A stretch of 64,000 bases of DNA from Spirulina sp. (GTDB lineage: Bacteria; Cyanobacteriota; Cyanobacteriia; Phormidesmidales; Phormidesmidaceae), in the NCBI GenBank assembly GCA_044070495.1, contig JBIPSI010000009.1, positions 102,234-166,233 of the forward strand, given 5' to 3'. The notes beneath the pieces are model-generated. The model had not been told where the DNA came from. It made no database searches and saw only the letters and a program-made list of their open reading frames with translations. Shown one piece after another: positions 30,504 through 41,653 of this stretch (position 1 is the first letter of the stretch; every line of letters begins with the position of its first letter). A program made the position numbers and the translations under genes.

Positions 30504-30644
30504 ATAGGCCGATTACCGCTGGGCCATGACAAGCAGACCTCTAGGACAGGGATTGATCGATGGGCAGTATCTTCGCCGCAGGCGGCATCGTGATGGGGCC
30601 ATTTAGCGTTGCTACAGCCTGGGACTATGGAACATTTTTCATGA

Positions 30645-31676
30645 ATGGATATGGATTCAGAAATCGTGCGATCACAGTCCCTAGATTTCTTTAAAACACC
30701 GATTTTTCTAGCGCTAGGGTTACTCCTCGGTAGTATTTTGTTGGGCCTCTGTTTGATGGGCAGTATTTTGCTGGGGGCGGCAGATATTGCGCCCGCAACC
30801 GTGTGGCAGGCCATGTTTCAATTTGATGGCTCAACGGAGCATTTGATCATTCGCACGGTGCGGCTACCGAGGGCCATTTTGGCGTTGGTGGTGGGGGCCG
30901 CGCTGGCCGTCGCAGGGGCTATTACCCAAGGATTAACCCGCAATCCTCTCGCCGCCCCCGACATTTTGGGCATCAATGTGGGGGCGGCGCTGGCGATGGT
31001 GTTGGCGGTATTTTGGCGGGGCAGCGGCAGCTATGTGGGGTTTGCCTTTGCCGGGGCGGCTATCGCGGCTGTTACCGTTTACTGGCTGGGTTCCTTAGGC
31101 CGCAGTGGGCTAACCCCGCTCAAGCTGGTGATTGCCGGAGCCGCCCTCTCCTACCTGCTAAGTTCCCTCACCACGGGCGTTCTCATCCTCAGTCAGCGCA
31201 CGCTGGATGAAATTCGCTTTTGGCTGGCGGGGTCGCTGGCGGGGCAGGATATGGCCGCGTTGTTGCCCGTGCTGCCCTACCTTGGCGTGGGTCTAGCCGT
31301 GGCGCTGACGCTGGGACGCCCCCTAACCCTAATGAGCATGGGGGAAGACGTGGCCCAAGGCTTGGGGCTACAAACGGCTTGGATCAAGCTGGGATCGGCG
31401 TTTGCCGTCGTGTTTCTGGCGGGCAGTGCCGTGGCCCTGGCTGGCCCGATTGGCTTTGTGGGGCTGGTTGTTCCCCACGTCGTGCGCTTTGGGGTTGGGG
31501 TAGATTACCGCTGGATTTTGCCCTACGCCATGATTGCCGGGGGCATTTTGCTGTCGGTGGCCGATACCGCCGCCCGTTTGGTGATTCGCCCCCAGGAGTT
31601 GCCCGTCGGGATTATGACCGCCCTGGTGGGGGCACCGTTTTTTATCTATTTGGCGCGTTCAAAAATCAAGCGGTAA
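30645..31676 (+). CDS. Fe-siderophore ABC permease (FecC/FhuB-like)
   Basis: [18 protein letters not shown] and GPIGFVGL. Confidence 0.93.
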   Translation: MDMDSEIVRSQSLDFFKTPIFLALGLLLGSILLGLCLMGSILLGAADIAPATVWQAMFQFDGSTEHLIIRTVRLPRAILALVVGAALAVAGAITQGLTRNPLAAPDILGINVGAALAMVLAVFWRGSGSYVGFAFAGAAIAAVTVYWLGSLGRSGLTPLKLVIAGAALSYLLSSLTTGVLILSQRTLDEIRFWLAGSLAGQDMAALLPVLPYLGVGLAVALTLGRPLTLMSMGEDVAQGLGLQTAWIKLGSAFAVVFLAGSAVALAGPIGFVGLVVPHVVRFGVGVDYRWILPYAMIAGGILLSVADTAARLVIRPQELPVGIMTALVGAPFFIYLARSKIKR

Positions 31677-31797
31677 GCAGGGTTCAGGGTGGCCAATGCC
31701 TACCCTGCGAATGCTCTCGCCTGTTACCCATTCTCGCGTTGTTAAGCCAGTGCATGACTGCGCGGATGCACCCTCCGAACTATCACCCCATCCACCC

Positions 31798-32847
31798 ATG
31801 TCCCTCAGTAAACCCTGGCTCTCCCTGCGTCCCCGTCGCCTTCCGCTCTCCTTGCGGGTAGATCGGCGGGTTCCCAGGGTGCTCATGGTTCTAACCCTGG
31901 TGGCTCTGCTTTCGCTGGTCGTCAACGTCAGCCAGGGCGAATACCCGGTGCCGCCGCTGGAGGTGGTGAAGACCATTCTGGGCTTTCCGGCCAACTCCGA
32001 CTACGCCTTTGTGGTGAATACGCTGCGTTTGCCCCGTGCTCTGGTGGCCTTGCTGGTGGGGCTGGGGCTGGCCACAGCGGGAACCATTTTGCAAGGGCTC
32101 ACCCGCAACCCCCTGGCGGCTCCAGAAATCATCGGCATCAACTCAGGGGCCAGTTTGGTGGCGGTGGCGATGATTGTGCTGTTTCCCCAGGTGGCGGTGG
32201 GGTGGTTGCCCGTGGCGGCGTTTTTGGGTGGATTGGGAGCGGCCATCGCCATCTACCTGCTGGCCTGGAACGGCGGTAGCTCCCCCATACGCCTGATTCT
32301 CGTCGGCATTGGCCTTACCTCGCTGACGGGGGCGTTCACCAGTTTGATGATCACCTTTGGCGATATTAATGATGTCAGCCAAGCGCTGGTGTGGCTCACG
32401 GGCAGCGTCTATGGCCGCAGTTGGGCGCACCTAGGGGCGCTGCTGCCGTGGCTGGTGATGTTTCTGCCGCTGACTTGGTTGCTGGCACGGGACTTGGACA
32501 CGCTGACCCTGGGGGATAACATTGCCCAAGGGTTAGGGAGTCGGGTGGAGTGGACGCGCCGGGTGCTGCTGCTGTGTACGGTGGCGCTGGCTGGGGCGTC
32601 GGTGGCAACCGCAGGCACGATTGGCTTTGTGGGGCTGATGGCTCCGCACCTAGCACGTCATCTGGTGGGGCCATCCCATGCCGGACTGATCCCGGTGGCG
32701 GCGCTGACTGGGGCCTGCATTGTCGAACTTGCCGATATCGTGGGTCGCCTCGCTTTTTCCCCCGTCGAGCTGCCCTGTGGCGTAATCACAGCGGTGATTG
32801 GTGCGCCCTACTTTTTGTGGCTGCTGTATCGCACTCGCAACCAGTGA
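31798..32847 (+). CDS. Fe-siderophore ABC permease (FecD-like)
   Basis: RLPRALVA, RNPLAAPEIIG and GTIGFVGL; start at internal ATG. Confidence 0.93.
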   Translation: MSLSKPWLSLRPRRLPLSLRVDRRVPRVLMVLTLVALLSLVVNVSQGEYPVPPLEVVKTILGFPANSDYAFVVNTLRLPRALVALLVGLGLATAGTILQGLTRNPLAAPEIIGINSGASLVAVAMIVLFPQVAVGWLPVAAFLGGLGAAIAIYLLAWNGGSSPIRLILVGIGLTSLTGAFTSLMITFGDINDVSQALVWLTGSVYGRSWAHLGALLPWLVMFLPLTWLLARDLDTLTLGDNIAQGLGSRVEWTRRVLLLCTVALAGASVATAGTIGFVGLMAPHLARHLVGPSHAGLIPVAALTGACIVELADIVGRLAFSPVELPCGVITAVIGAPYFLWLLYRTRNQ

Positions 32848-32880
32848 GGGCTGAGAGGTCATTTGGTCATAGGTAGATGG

Positions 32881-32948
32881 TTCAAAGTTCAAAGTTCAAA
32901 GTTCAAAGTTCAAAGTTCAAAGTTTCTCCTTCGGAGACGCTTTGCAAA
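32881..32948 (+). repeat. 6x TTCAAAG heptamer array followed by a 24-nt dispersed element
   Basis: TTCAAAG x6 (32881-32922) then TCTCCTTCGGAGACGCTTTGCAAA (32925-32948). Confidence 0.9.
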
Positions 32949-32978
32949 CAACCATTAGCATCCACCCGCCCCCTCCCC

Positions 32979-33800
32979 ATGCTTACCAACGCCGCCGCCC
33001 AAATTGCCCTCACCACCCGCAAGCTCACCCTGGCCTACGACGGCAATGTCATTATTCAGGGGCTAGATTTAGTCATTCCCCAGGGGCAAATCACGACGCT
33101 GGTGGGGCCAAACGGCTGCGGTAAATCGACCCTGCTGCGGGGCATGGCGCGGCTGCTGAAACCCCAGGGCGGCACGGTATATCTAGACGGCGACGCGATA
33201 GCCCATCTACCCACCAAGGAACTCGCCAAGCGCCTGGGCATTTTGCCCCAAAGCCCCGCTGCCCCCGAAGGGCTAACCGTGCGCGAACTGGTGGCTCAGG
33301 GCCGCTATCCCCATCAAACCTGGCTGCAACAGTGGTCGAGGCAGGATGAACTCAAGGTCGAAGAAGCCATTGCCACCACCCACCTGCAAGCCTTCGCCAA
33401 TCGTTCCCTCGATACCCTCTCCGGCGGGCAGCGCCAGCGGGCCTGGATTGCCATGGCCCTCGCCCAAGATACCGAAACCCTTTTGCTCGACGAACCCACC
33501 ACCTACCTCGATCTCGCCCACCAAATTGAGGTGCTGGATTTGCTCTACCAGCTCAACCGCCAGGGCAACCGCACGATTGTGATGGTGCTGCACGACCTCA
33601 ATTTGGCCTGTCGCTACAGCCACCACCTCATTGCCCTGCGAGAGGGAGCCGTCCTTGCCCAGGGGCAACCCCAGGCCATTATCACCGAGGCACTGGTGCG
33701 GCAGGTGTTTGGGCTAGAGAGCCGGATTATTACCGACCCGGTGGCCGGAACGCCGCTCTGTGTGCCCATAAGCCAAGGGTTGGGGCGGGTTGAGAGTTAG
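32979..33800 (+). CDS. Fe-siderophore ABC ATPase (FecE/FhuC-like)
   Basis: [24 protein letters not shown] and VLHDLN. Confidence 0.95.
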   Translation: MLTNAAAQIALTTRKLTLAYDGNVIIQGLDLVIPQGQITTLVGPNGCGKSTLLRGMARLLKPQGGTVYLDGDAIAHLPTKELAKRLGILPQSPAAPEGLTVRELVAQGRYPHQTWLQQWSRQDELKVEEAIATTHLQAFANRSLDTLSGGQRQRAWIAMALAQDTETLLLDEPTTYLDLAHQIEVLDLLYQLNRQGNRTIVMVLHDLNLACRYSHHLIALREGAVLAQGQPQAIITEALVRQVFGLESRIITDPVAGTPLCVPISQGLGRVES

Positions 33801-33899
33801 GGATTCTATGCCTCAAAAACGGGATCTGTGGATCGCCGCTCACCCCTCGGTAGACAACAACATTGGTTGAAAAGGAACCATCGATGAAACAACAATGGA

Positions 33900-34312
33900 T
33901 ACTGTCCAGTTGCCGCGCACCCCAATTTCGTAGTGGTTCACCTGCTGGGCTTCGGGCCGCAGGGTATTCACCGAAAAGCCCGCTGGCGCATTCCGCAACA
34001 CCAGGCCCACATCGGCGAGGGAAAAGCCTTGGGCAAAGTTGGCAAACACCCCCAGGTTGTCGGTCACATTCACCACCCCGCCCAGGTTAAACAGGGTGGC
34101 ATCGTAGGCGAGATCGCCCCCCCGCACGGCATTGCCCGCTAGGGTGGTGAAGTCATCCACCGTGAGGCCCACTCGTTCGTGGCGAAGGCCGCCCAGCAGG
34201 GTGATGCGGTCGCTGGCCTGCCAGTTGACCTGGGCAAACAGGCCCAGGCTGTCTTGGTTGAGGGGCGGCACCCAGGTGCGCTGGCCTGTGGTGCGGTAGG
34301 TAAGGCCCCGGC
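33900..34312 (-). pseudogene. internal fragment of a TonB-dependent receptor
   Basis: GLTYRTTGQRTWVPPLNQDSLGLFAQVNW..LLGGLRHE..NLGVFANFAQGF..L.PE...YEIGVRG barrel strands; cut at 34312 by a MITE. Confidence 0.85.
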
Positions 34313-34441
34313 CTGATTGACTGACGAAAGTTGTTGCATCGGGCGCGGCAACCCGCCCCTACCGTATTTGGATAACGTAGGGGTCAGGTCTCCTGACCCT
34401 TGAACGAATCTAGGTTCTGGCACGTTTTGTCAGCCAATCAG
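34313..34441. mobile_element. MITE with internal REP-like hairpins
   Basis: CTGATTGACTGACGAAA ... TTTTGTCAGCCAATCAG; ends match the IS end at 62886-62914. Confidence 0.8.
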
Positions 34442-34606
34442 CCAGCGGTTTGTTCAGGAATCGAGATCTACGCCCCATCCCCATCACAAACGCCGTCGAT
34501 ACATCCTGGATTTCCGGGGCATCGGCGGCGTTGTCATTGAAATGTCTTGGCAATAGTTTGCTCGGTGCGTGAATTTAGGGTGCGCCCTAGGAAAAATTGC
34601 GCTGGC

Positions 34607-34906
34607 CTAGGCCGCCCACCGATCCGAGTTCGAGGATGGGGCCACCGTCAGCGTGGGTCGTTCGGGTTTGGTTGCGGCCTGCTGCTGGGCTTGGGCCACC
34701 CAGGTCGTCAAGCTCACCCCTGGACGATAGGCCGAGCGAGCGGAACGGATGCCACTAGAGCCGGATTCGGCACTGGAGAACAGCTTTGGCCCCACCATCA
34801 GGGCGGCTAGGCCCACTAGGGTAAGCGGGCTACCAAAGTGTCCGTCTTCCAAAATTTCTTTGAAGTGAAAGCTAAGAACCGACTTGTCGAGGTGGATTAA
34901 AGACAT
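34607..34906 (-). CDS. small hypothetical membrane protein downstream of the P1B ATPase
   Basis: one hydrophobic segment (LTLVGLAALMVGP); co-oriented with the ATPase and preceded by a Fur-like box. Confidence 0.6.
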   Translation of the reverse strand: MSLIHLDKSVLSFHFKEILEDGHFGSPLTLVGLAALMVGPKLFSSAESGSSGIRSARSAYRPGVSLTTWVAQAQQQAATKPERPTLTVAPSSNSDRWAA

Positions 34907-34950
34907 GGCAAGTACCGGGAAAGGTTCAACAGGTTAAGGGCAGGTTATTT

Positions 34951-34970
34951 ATTGAATAAGACTCTCAACT
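34951..34970. promoter_or_regulatory. Fur-like box
   Basis: ATTGAATAAGACTCTCAACT imperfect inverted repeat; related CTCAATAAGAAGACTCAATG at about 35169-35188. Confidence 0.45.
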
Positions 34971-35220
34971 AGCCTGGGGAGTCATTCATGAGTTGGCTAT
35001 CATCCAAGCTAGTCATAGGCCCATCTAAGGATGGAATTAGGGGAAGAGTAAACGCCAAAACAACCCAGTCAAGGGCTATTGGCGTGTAAGTCCGTGTTGA
35101 TCTGCAAAACTTGACCTACAAGTTAGGAATTATTTTAGCAGAAGAGGGGGGGCTTGATGCAAGCCTATCTCAATAAGAAGACTCAATGAAGACCAAAACC
35201 TGTCGCAGTTGGCCTCACGC

Positions 35221-37494
35221 TTAATCCATGGCGTCGATGATGGCGTTGGGGACAAATTCGTGGGTGACGAGGGGGCGCAGGCTGTTGAGTCCGGCGGCGA
35301 TGGCGGATCCGTTGTGGATCAGGGTGGCGATCAGGGGATTGAGTCCGGTGGTGGTGGCCAGCCCCAGGGCGGTGAGGTTGGGCAGAATTACCAGAGCGAT
35401 ATTTTGATCGATTAAATCGCGGGTTTCGCGGGCAATGGCGATGGCCTCCAGCAGTTCTAGGAGGTTGTTGTCCATCAGCACCACGTCGGCGGTTTCGCGG
35501 GCGATGTCGGCCCCCCGCTCGAAGGACACCGACACATCGGCGTAGGCCAGGGCTACGGAGTCGTTGAGGCCATCGCCCACAAAGGCCACAGTGCGCCCCG
35601 ACTGCCGCAGGTTTTGCACAATTTTCGCCTTTTGGTCAGGGAAGGCTTCGGCGTAGACCCGCTGTGGATCAATGCCGAGTTCCGTGGCCACTTGGGCGGC
35701 TCGTTTGGGATGGTCGCCCGTCAGCAAATGCACATCTAGGCCAAATTCCCGATTGAGGAGCTGAAGGAAGCGGGCGCTTTCGGGTCGTAGGGGGTCGGAA
35801 TAGGCCAGGGTGCCCGCAAATTCGCCATCGCAGGCAATATAAATCAGCGATTGGTTCTCGTCGAGGGGGGCGATCCCGCTGGGCCAATAGACCTGGGCCT
35901 GCCGCAGGAATCGTTCGCTGCCCACCAGCACGGTGTGCCCGTCCACCTGGGCGGTGATGCCATAGCCGACGGTGTAGTCCCAATCGCCCCGATGCAGCAG
36001 GGGCAGGCCTAACTGGTGGGCGCGTTGAACTACGGCCTCGGCGACGGGGTGGGTAAGGCGTTGTTCGGCGGTGGCAGCCAGTTGCAGCAGCCGTTCGGGG
36101 GAGATGTGGGGGAATCGGTCAGAGGGCAGGGGCAAGATGGCGGTGATTTCAATCTTGCCTTCGGTGAGGGTGCCCGTTTTGTCGAAGACGATGGTATCCA
36201 CCTCGGCCAGTTGCTCTAGGGTGCGGCCACTGCGAACGAGTACCCCGTGGCGGGTGGTGTGGTTCAAGGCCCCTAAAAAGGCGGTGGGAATGGAGACCCG
36301 AATGCCCGTCACAAAGTCGAGGGTGAGGATGGCGGCGGTGCGGGCTGGATCTCCGGTAATCGCCAGCACCACCGTGGCCAGCAGCAGCGAGGGCAACACC
36401 AGACGGTCGGCCACTTTTTCGGTGTAGTTGGCCATGCGGGTGTCGTAGACGGGGGCCTGTTGCAGCAGACGCAGCCCCGCCGCCGCACGGGTTTGGTCGC
36501 CCACCCGCTCGGCTCGCAGGGTCAACTGCCCCGACCGCACCAGGGTTGAGGCAAACACGTAGCTCTCCTCACGGGCCACGATGGGCATGGCTTCCCCCGT
36601 CAACCCCTGCTGATCCACCGTGGCTTCTCCGGCCAGCACCGTGCCATCCACCGGAATTTGCTCACCGGGATGCACCACCACCCGATCCCCCACCTGTACT
36701 TGGTCGCTGGGCACCTGCCGCAGTTCCTCCCCTGAGCCTTGCACCCAGGCAAACCGCCCCAGGGCATCCACCAAACTGGAAGACCGCACCGCCGTAGACC
36801 GAGCTGTTTGGTCGCGGATGGCATCGCCCAACTCGTGCAGCGTCACCACCAGGGCCGGAGTCACCAGCTTGCCCTGCCACGCACTGAGGCTGAGGGCCAA
36901 AAAGTCGAGGCCGTCAATATTCAAACGATGGTCGCGCCACAGGCTGAGGAACGCCCGCTGGGCAATGGGCAGCACCGTGGTCGCCAGAGTAATCGCCGCC
37001 AGGGGCCGCAACCACCGCAGAGCATGAACCTGACTCGCTAGGGCCAAGGCCGAGGCCAGCAGCGGTCGTTGAAGCCTCGTCCAATCCTCCCCATTTTGGG
37101 ATGGCTCGGTGGGATGGGCGCTTTTTTCGAGATCAGTCCCGCCGCCAAAGCCCGCCCCGTTGTTAACCCCCGTCCCGTTGCTGAATTCAGTCCCGGCGAT
37201 TACGTCACCACCCAAGGGCAAAGCCGCGCTGATGGAACGACGCTGGGCCTGAAACGGGGCCACCCCCTCGGCGTGGGCCAGCAAAATCGCCGCCAACGCC
37301 CCCTGCACCTGATCCTCCAGGCGGGGCTGGTACTGAATCACAATCGACGCAGCGGTGGGGTTAATCCGCACCTGGGTAACGCCGGAAATCGCCGCCAGTT
37401 CCGTTTGCAGCGCATCGCTAACCGACTGCCGCTGAGACAACTCCGGCACCCGCACCCGCAGCCGACCGGGAATGTGATGAAGAATGTGAGCCAT
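35221..37494 (-). CDS. heavy-metal P1B-type ATPase with N-terminal HMA_2 domain and atypical Cys-less TM motif
   Basis: HHIPGRLRV, TGE, DKTGT, HP and GDGLND; LDFVTGIRVSIP in place of CPx. Confidence 0.92.
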   Translation of the reverse strand: MAHILHHIPGRLRVRVPELSQRQSVSDALQTELAAISGVTQVRINPTAASIVIQYQPRLEDQVQGALAAILLAHAEGVAPFQAQRRSISAALPLGGDVIAGTEFSNGTGVNNGAGFGGGTDLEKSAHPTEPSQNGEDWTRLQRPLLASALALASQVHALRWLRPLAAITLATTVLPIAQRAFLSLWRDHRLNIDGLDFLALSLSAWQGKLVTPALVVTLHELGDAIRDQTARSTAVRSSSLVDALGRFAWVQGSGEELRQVPSDQVQVGDRVVVHPGEQIPVDGTVLAGEATVDQQGLTGEAMPIVAREESYVFASTLVRSGQLTLRAERVGDQTRAAAGLRLLQQAPVYDTRMANYTEKVADRLVLPSLLLATVVLAITGDPARTAAILTLDFVTGIRVSIPTAFLGALNHTTRHGVLVRSGRTLEQLAEVDTIVFDKTGTLTEGKIEITAILPLPSDRFPHISPERLLQLAATAEQRLTHPVAEAVVQRAHQLGLPLLHRGDWDYTVGYGITAQVDGHTVLVGSERFLRQAQVYWPSGIAPLDENQSLIYIACDGEFAGTLAYSDPLRPESARFLQLLNREFGLDVHLLTGDHPKRAAQVATELGIDPQRVYAEAFPDQKAKIVQNLRQSGRTVAFVGDGLNDSVALAYADVSVSFERGADIARETADVVLMDNNLLELLEAIAIARETRDLIDQNIALVILPNLTALGLATTTGLNPLIATLIHNGSAIAAGLNSLRPLVTHEFVPNAIIDAMD

Positions 37495-37508
37495 GGTATC
37501 GATCTATC

Positions 37509-38060
37509 CTAGGCCGCTGGGCTTTCCTGTTCGGCCTGTTCTAGGATTTGCAAGAGCTGCATCCCCAGTTCCAGATCCGAAAGACTGCCGCTGTCGTAGC
37601 CAATGGCGATGGAGCTAGCGGCCCGGTTAATCCGCACCGAACGCACCAAATCCTGGCTAAGCAACAGTTTCTCTAGGCGCTTGGCAAACAGCGCGTCATG
37701 ACGCAAACGCGCCACCCGCAGCCGAATCCGTCCCGGCACCGAATGCACAATGGTGTAGTCCTCTTCCGGGCTGGCCTCTGGAGGGGCAGGGTTGGCCACC
37801 ACGGATAGGGTCGGCGCTTCTGAGGCGGAATGGCCCTGCTTTTTAAGCTGAAGGATCACCTGACGAGTGGCGGCGGCAATGGCAATGTTCACCAGCAGCG
37901 CCGTGCCCCCCCGCAACCGCAGCTGAGTCGTCACCAACAGCCCCGTCACCACGGGCAGAATGGTGGCAATTTCGTTGTATTCCTCCAACCAACGGCCCAG
38001 TTGAGAATAATTTTCGTTAGTGGTGGGTGCGGGACTCCCGGCAGCTTGCGATAGCGTCAT
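37509..38060 (-). CDS. membrane-anchored HMA_2 domain protein
   Basis: two hydrophobic segments plus HSVPGRIRLR..VRIN..ASS.AIGYD. Confidence 0.82.
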   Translation of the reverse strand: MTLSQAAGSPAPTTNENYSQLGRWLEEYNEIATILPVVTGLLVTTQLRLRGGTALLVNIAIAAATRQVILQLKKQGHSASEAPTLSVVANPAPPEASPEEDYTIVHSVPGRIRLRVARLRHDALFAKRLEKLLLSQDLVRSVRINRAASSIAIGYDSGSLSDLELGMQLLQILEQAEQESPAA

Positions 38061-38247
38061 GATCAATCCTTAGCCTTTCCTTAGGGAACAACCCTAATCG
38101 TACCTCTGCATTATCGGCAGATTTCTCATTAGATATAGATTATTCCTATCTAAAATTAATCATTCGCCCACGGCCAGAGGGCACAACTCCCCAGATCGTC
38201 AGCCCCAAAAGCCCCCCTCGGCTGGATAGCATGGAGGTATGGAATGG

Positions 38248-38567
38248 GGTAGTTCTAAAGCTGTAAGGACGCATTGTCGTGATGGATGAAAGACCAGATC
38301 GCGCCGATGTGATGTTCAAGCTTCTTGGAAAAAGACAGTGTCTTGCGAACCAATCGCGATACCCGCTGACGTAGCGTACGGTTGAACCGTTTAATACGAT
38401 TCGTTGGGCCACTGTCCTTGCCGACGGCTTGGTGTCGTTTGTTTGGGATCACGGTTTTATACGCCTCCCAAAAGTCGCCATAACAGACCGCGCATTGGCG
38501 CTACATCGGAGGCAAGGTGGGCTCCGACACGACTACGGTCTCCGCTATGAACTCCCACAATCTCATC
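38248..38567 (-). mobile_element. IS1-family (InsB) remnant
   Basis: CY.DFWEAY..VIP..RH.AVGK.SG.TN.I.RFN.TLRQRVSRLVRKTLSFSK; upstream part degraded; GGTAGT end at 38248. Confidence 0.85.
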
Positions 38568-38666
38568 GAACAATCCGGGTAACCCCTTAGGCTGTAGTAA
38601 GGGGCATTGAGGATTATCCGCCAACCGGTGGAGGAGATCAGCCAAGACAACTGACCAGTGCCTTTT

Positions 38667-41438
38667 CTATACATTCATCTCCGTCAACTCAATTTCCGCC
38701 TTTACAAAGTCGGGCTTGCGGCTGAGGGTGAAGCCTAGTTTTTCGCAGACCCGCTGCATGGGGCGGTTTTCTCGCAAAATTTCGGCGGTGACGCTCTGCA
38801 AGCCTTCGTCCTGGGCGATTTTGAGCAGTTGGCGCAGTAGATCAGTGCCGATGCCCTGGCGTTGGTAGGCATCGCTGACCAGCATGGCAAATTCTGCCTG
38901 TTGGGTGCCGTGGCATTTGCTGAGGCGACCTACGGCGAGGATTTTATGGTCGCCGGTTTCGGGGTCTTTGTGATCGACCACCAGGGCCATTTCCCGGTCG
39001 TAGTCGATAAAGCAAATGCGGGTGAGGCGTTCGTGGGCGATACGGTGGTTGAGGGTCATCAAATGGAAATAGCGAAAGTAGATGCTTTCCTCGGAGAGGG
39101 TGTGGTGAAAGTCCACCAGCAGCGGTTCGTCTTCGGGGCGGATGGGGCGCAGGGTGACGGGGGAACCGTCTCGCAGGCTGGAGGTGGTGACGTACTGGCT
39201 GGGGTAGGGGCGAATGGCTGGCCCCGGCAGGGTTTCCCCCGGTTCGGTCAGTACTGCACGGGCATCGAGGGCCACCAGGGGATAGCGGGCATCGCCATCG
39301 AAGACCAGCAGCGGGTTGATGTCGAGTTCCTTGATTTGCGGCTGTTCGATGGCCAACTGGCTAACCCGCACCAAAATCATCTCTAGCTCCGTGAGGTTGG
39401 CGGCTTGGCGACCGCGCACTCCTTGCAGGGCTTCGTAGATGCGGGTTTGCTCCATCAGCCGACGGGCCAGGGTGGTATTGAGGGGCGGCAGGGCCACGGC
39501 GCTGTCTCGGTACACCTCCACCAGTTGGCCCCCGGTGCCAAAGAGAATCACCGGGCCAAACTGGTCATCCACACTGCTGCCGAGAATCAGCTCGTAGCCC
39601 TTGCTGAGGTTGAGCATCGGCTGTACCGTCACCCCCTTGAAGGCGGCATCCCCAAAGCGGTGGCGGATGGCAGAGGCCATTTCGGTGTAGGCGGTGGCGA
39701 CTTCTTCGGCGGTTTGCAGATTCAACCGCACGCCCCCCACGTCGGTTTTGTGGGTAAGGGTTCTCGATAACAGCTTCACCACCACGGGATAGCCCACGGC
39801 TTCGGCGGCGGCGACGGCTTCCTCGGCGGCAAAGGCGGGCCGCGTATCCACCACCGGAATGCCGTAGACCTGAAGGATTTGCTTGGCCTCCAATTCTGTC
39901 AGCAGGGTGCGGTTTTCGGCGCGGGCGGTTTGAATAATGGTGTCTACCTGGGAGCGATCACTCCCTCCGCCAAATTCCGATTCCGGCAGTAGGGCGGGGG
40001 TTTCGTAGATGCCGCGCAGGTTATAGCTGTACTGCCACATGGCGTTGAACTGGCGGGCGGCGGTGTCGGGGTAGCGGTAGGTGGCAATGCTGGCCCGATT
40101 CAGCAGGGTTTCCCCTTCGGTGACTTCCGAACCGCCCATCCAGCTTGCAATTAGGGGTTTGGTGGCGGTTTTGGCCAGGGTAATCAATCGCTCCGCCGTT
40201 TGAGTGGGGGCGGTCATGGCCTGGGGAGTCAGCACCACCAGCAGGCTGTCGCTGTTGGGATCGTCCATGGCGGCTTGGATGGCCTGGGTGTAGCGGTCGG
40301 GGTCGGCGTCGCCCAAAATATCCACCGGGTTGCCGTGGCTCCAGTGGCTGGGGAGGACGGTATTCAGAGCCTCTAGGGTTTCATCGGATAAACTCGCCAA
40401 CTGCCCCCCGGTGCCAATCAGAGCATCGGTGGCCAGCACCCCCGGCCCCCCGGCGTTGGTGATGATCGTCAGCCTTGGCCCTTGGGGTCGTTGGGGCTGT
40501 TTAGCCAGAACTTCCGCCAGGTCAAACAGGTCAGAAATTTGCTCCACCCGCAGCACGCCGCAACGCCGAAAGGCCGCATCCAGCACCGCATCGCTGCCCG
40601 TCAACGTGCCCGTGTGGGAAGCCGCCGCCTGGGCCGCCTGGGTCGTGCGGCCCGCCTTGATCACAATGATCGGCTTGGTCAGGGCCACTTCCCGCGCCGC
40701 CGACAAAAACGACCGGGCATTTCCGATGGACTCCATATAAATGACGATGCTGCGGGTGTTGGGGTCATCGCCGAGGTAGTAGATTAAATCGCCCCAGTCT
40801 ACATCCAGCATGGAGCCAATGGACACAAAGGCGCTAAAACCCACGTTTTCCTGCAAGCTCCAGTCGAGCACGGCGGTACAGAGCGCCCCGGACTGGCTAA
40901 TAAATCCCACATGGCCACGACGGGCAAAGGTGCTGGCAAAGGTGGCGTTTAGCCCCGTCAGCGGGTTCATCAACCCCAGGCAGTTGGGGCCAATCAGCCG
41001 CATTTTTTGCCCTTGCAGTTGGGTGCGAATTTGTTCCTCCAAAGCTAGTCCGGCAGGGCCAATTTCCCGAAAACCAGAGGCCAGGACGACCACACCTTTC
41101 ACGCCTGCCTCGGCGCAGTCCTTCACCAATTCCGGCACCGTGGGGGCCGGGGTGGCGATAATCGCCAGATCTACCTGGTCGGGGATTTCCTGAATGCTGG
41201 GGTAAGCCCGAATCCCCAACACACTGCGCCGACGCGGATTCACCGGATACACAATGCCGCCAAAGGGACTGCTAATCAGGTTCCACAGCAGGGTACGGCC
41301 CACACTGCCCTCCCGATCCGTCGCCCCAATCACCGCCACGGTTTCCGGGTTGAAAATCGCCCCCAAGGGTTGGCGATCCACCCGCAAAATGTCGTAGGCC
41401 CGATCCGCCGCCGTCTGGATTGTATCGACCATGACCAT
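38667..41438 (-). CDS. acyl-CoA ligase (ADP-forming)-like / GNAT acetyltransferase fusion (Pat family)
   Basis: CoA-binding domain, [26 protein letters not shown]-grasp and C-terminal GNAT (QRQGIG). Confidence 0.92.
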   Translation of the reverse strand: MVMVDTIQTAADRAYDILRVDRQPLGAIFNPETVAVIGATDREGSVGRTLLWNLISSPFGGIVYPVNPRRRSVLGIRAYPSIQEIPDQVDLAIIATPAPTVPELVKDCAEAGVKGVVVLASGFREIGPAGLALEEQIRTQLQGQKMRLIGPNCLGLMNPLTGLNATFASTFARRGHVGFISQSGALCTAVLDWSLQENVGFSAFVSIGSMLDVDWGDLIYYLGDDPNTRSIVIYMESIGNARSFLSAAREVALTKPIIVIKAGRTTQAAQAAASHTGTLTGSDAVLDAAFRRCGVLRVEQISDLFDLAEVLAKQPQRPQGPRLTIITNAGGPGVLATDALIGTGGQLASLSDETLEALNTVLPSHWSHGNPVDILGDADPDRYTQAIQAAMDDPNSDSLLVVLTPQAMTAPTQTAERLITLAKTATKPLIASWMGGSEVTEGETLLNRASIATYRYPDTAARQFNAMWQYSYNLRGIYETPALLPESEFGGGSDRSQVDTIIQTARAENRTLLTELEAKQILQVYGIPVVDTRPAFAAEEAVAAAEAVGYPVVVKLLSRTLTHKTDVGGVRLNLQTAEEVATAYTEMASAIRHRFGDAAFKGVTVQPMLNLSKGYELILGSSVDDQFGPVILFGTGGQLVEVYRDSAVALPPLNTTLARRLMEQTRIYEALQGVRGRQAANLTELEMILVRVSQLAIEQPQIKELDINPLLVFDGDARYPLVALDARAVLTEPGETLPGPAIRPYPSQYVTTSSLRDGSPVTLRPIRPEDEPLLVDFHHTLSEESIYFRYFHLMTLNHRIAHERLTRICFIDYDREMALVVDHKDPETGDHKILAVGRLSKCHGTQQAEFAMLVSDAYQRQGIGTDLLRQLLKIAQDEGLQSVTAEILRENRPMQRVCEKLGFTLSRKPDFVKAEIELTEMNV

Positions 41439-41653
41439 TGCTTCCCTATAGAGCAATCCCCTCCTCTGTTGTAGATCGAGAGGCCGAATTATTTTGTGGT
41501 TGCGCCTATTTTCTTAACGCCCAACGAGGTATCCCACGGAATCAGCTATAGAGTCTCAGTTTATTGGACTCCGTTGATTGCATCTATGGTTTAACAAGTT
41601 GGGAGTCAAGGGTATGGGATTCGGTATGGAATACAACGCGCCATAGAGACGCG

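Noticed and set aside
32877..32978. N-terminal extension [15 protein letters not shown] of the ABC ATPase
   Set aside because: It is a translation of an intergenic heptamer array; the ATG at 32979 gives a normal-length protein.
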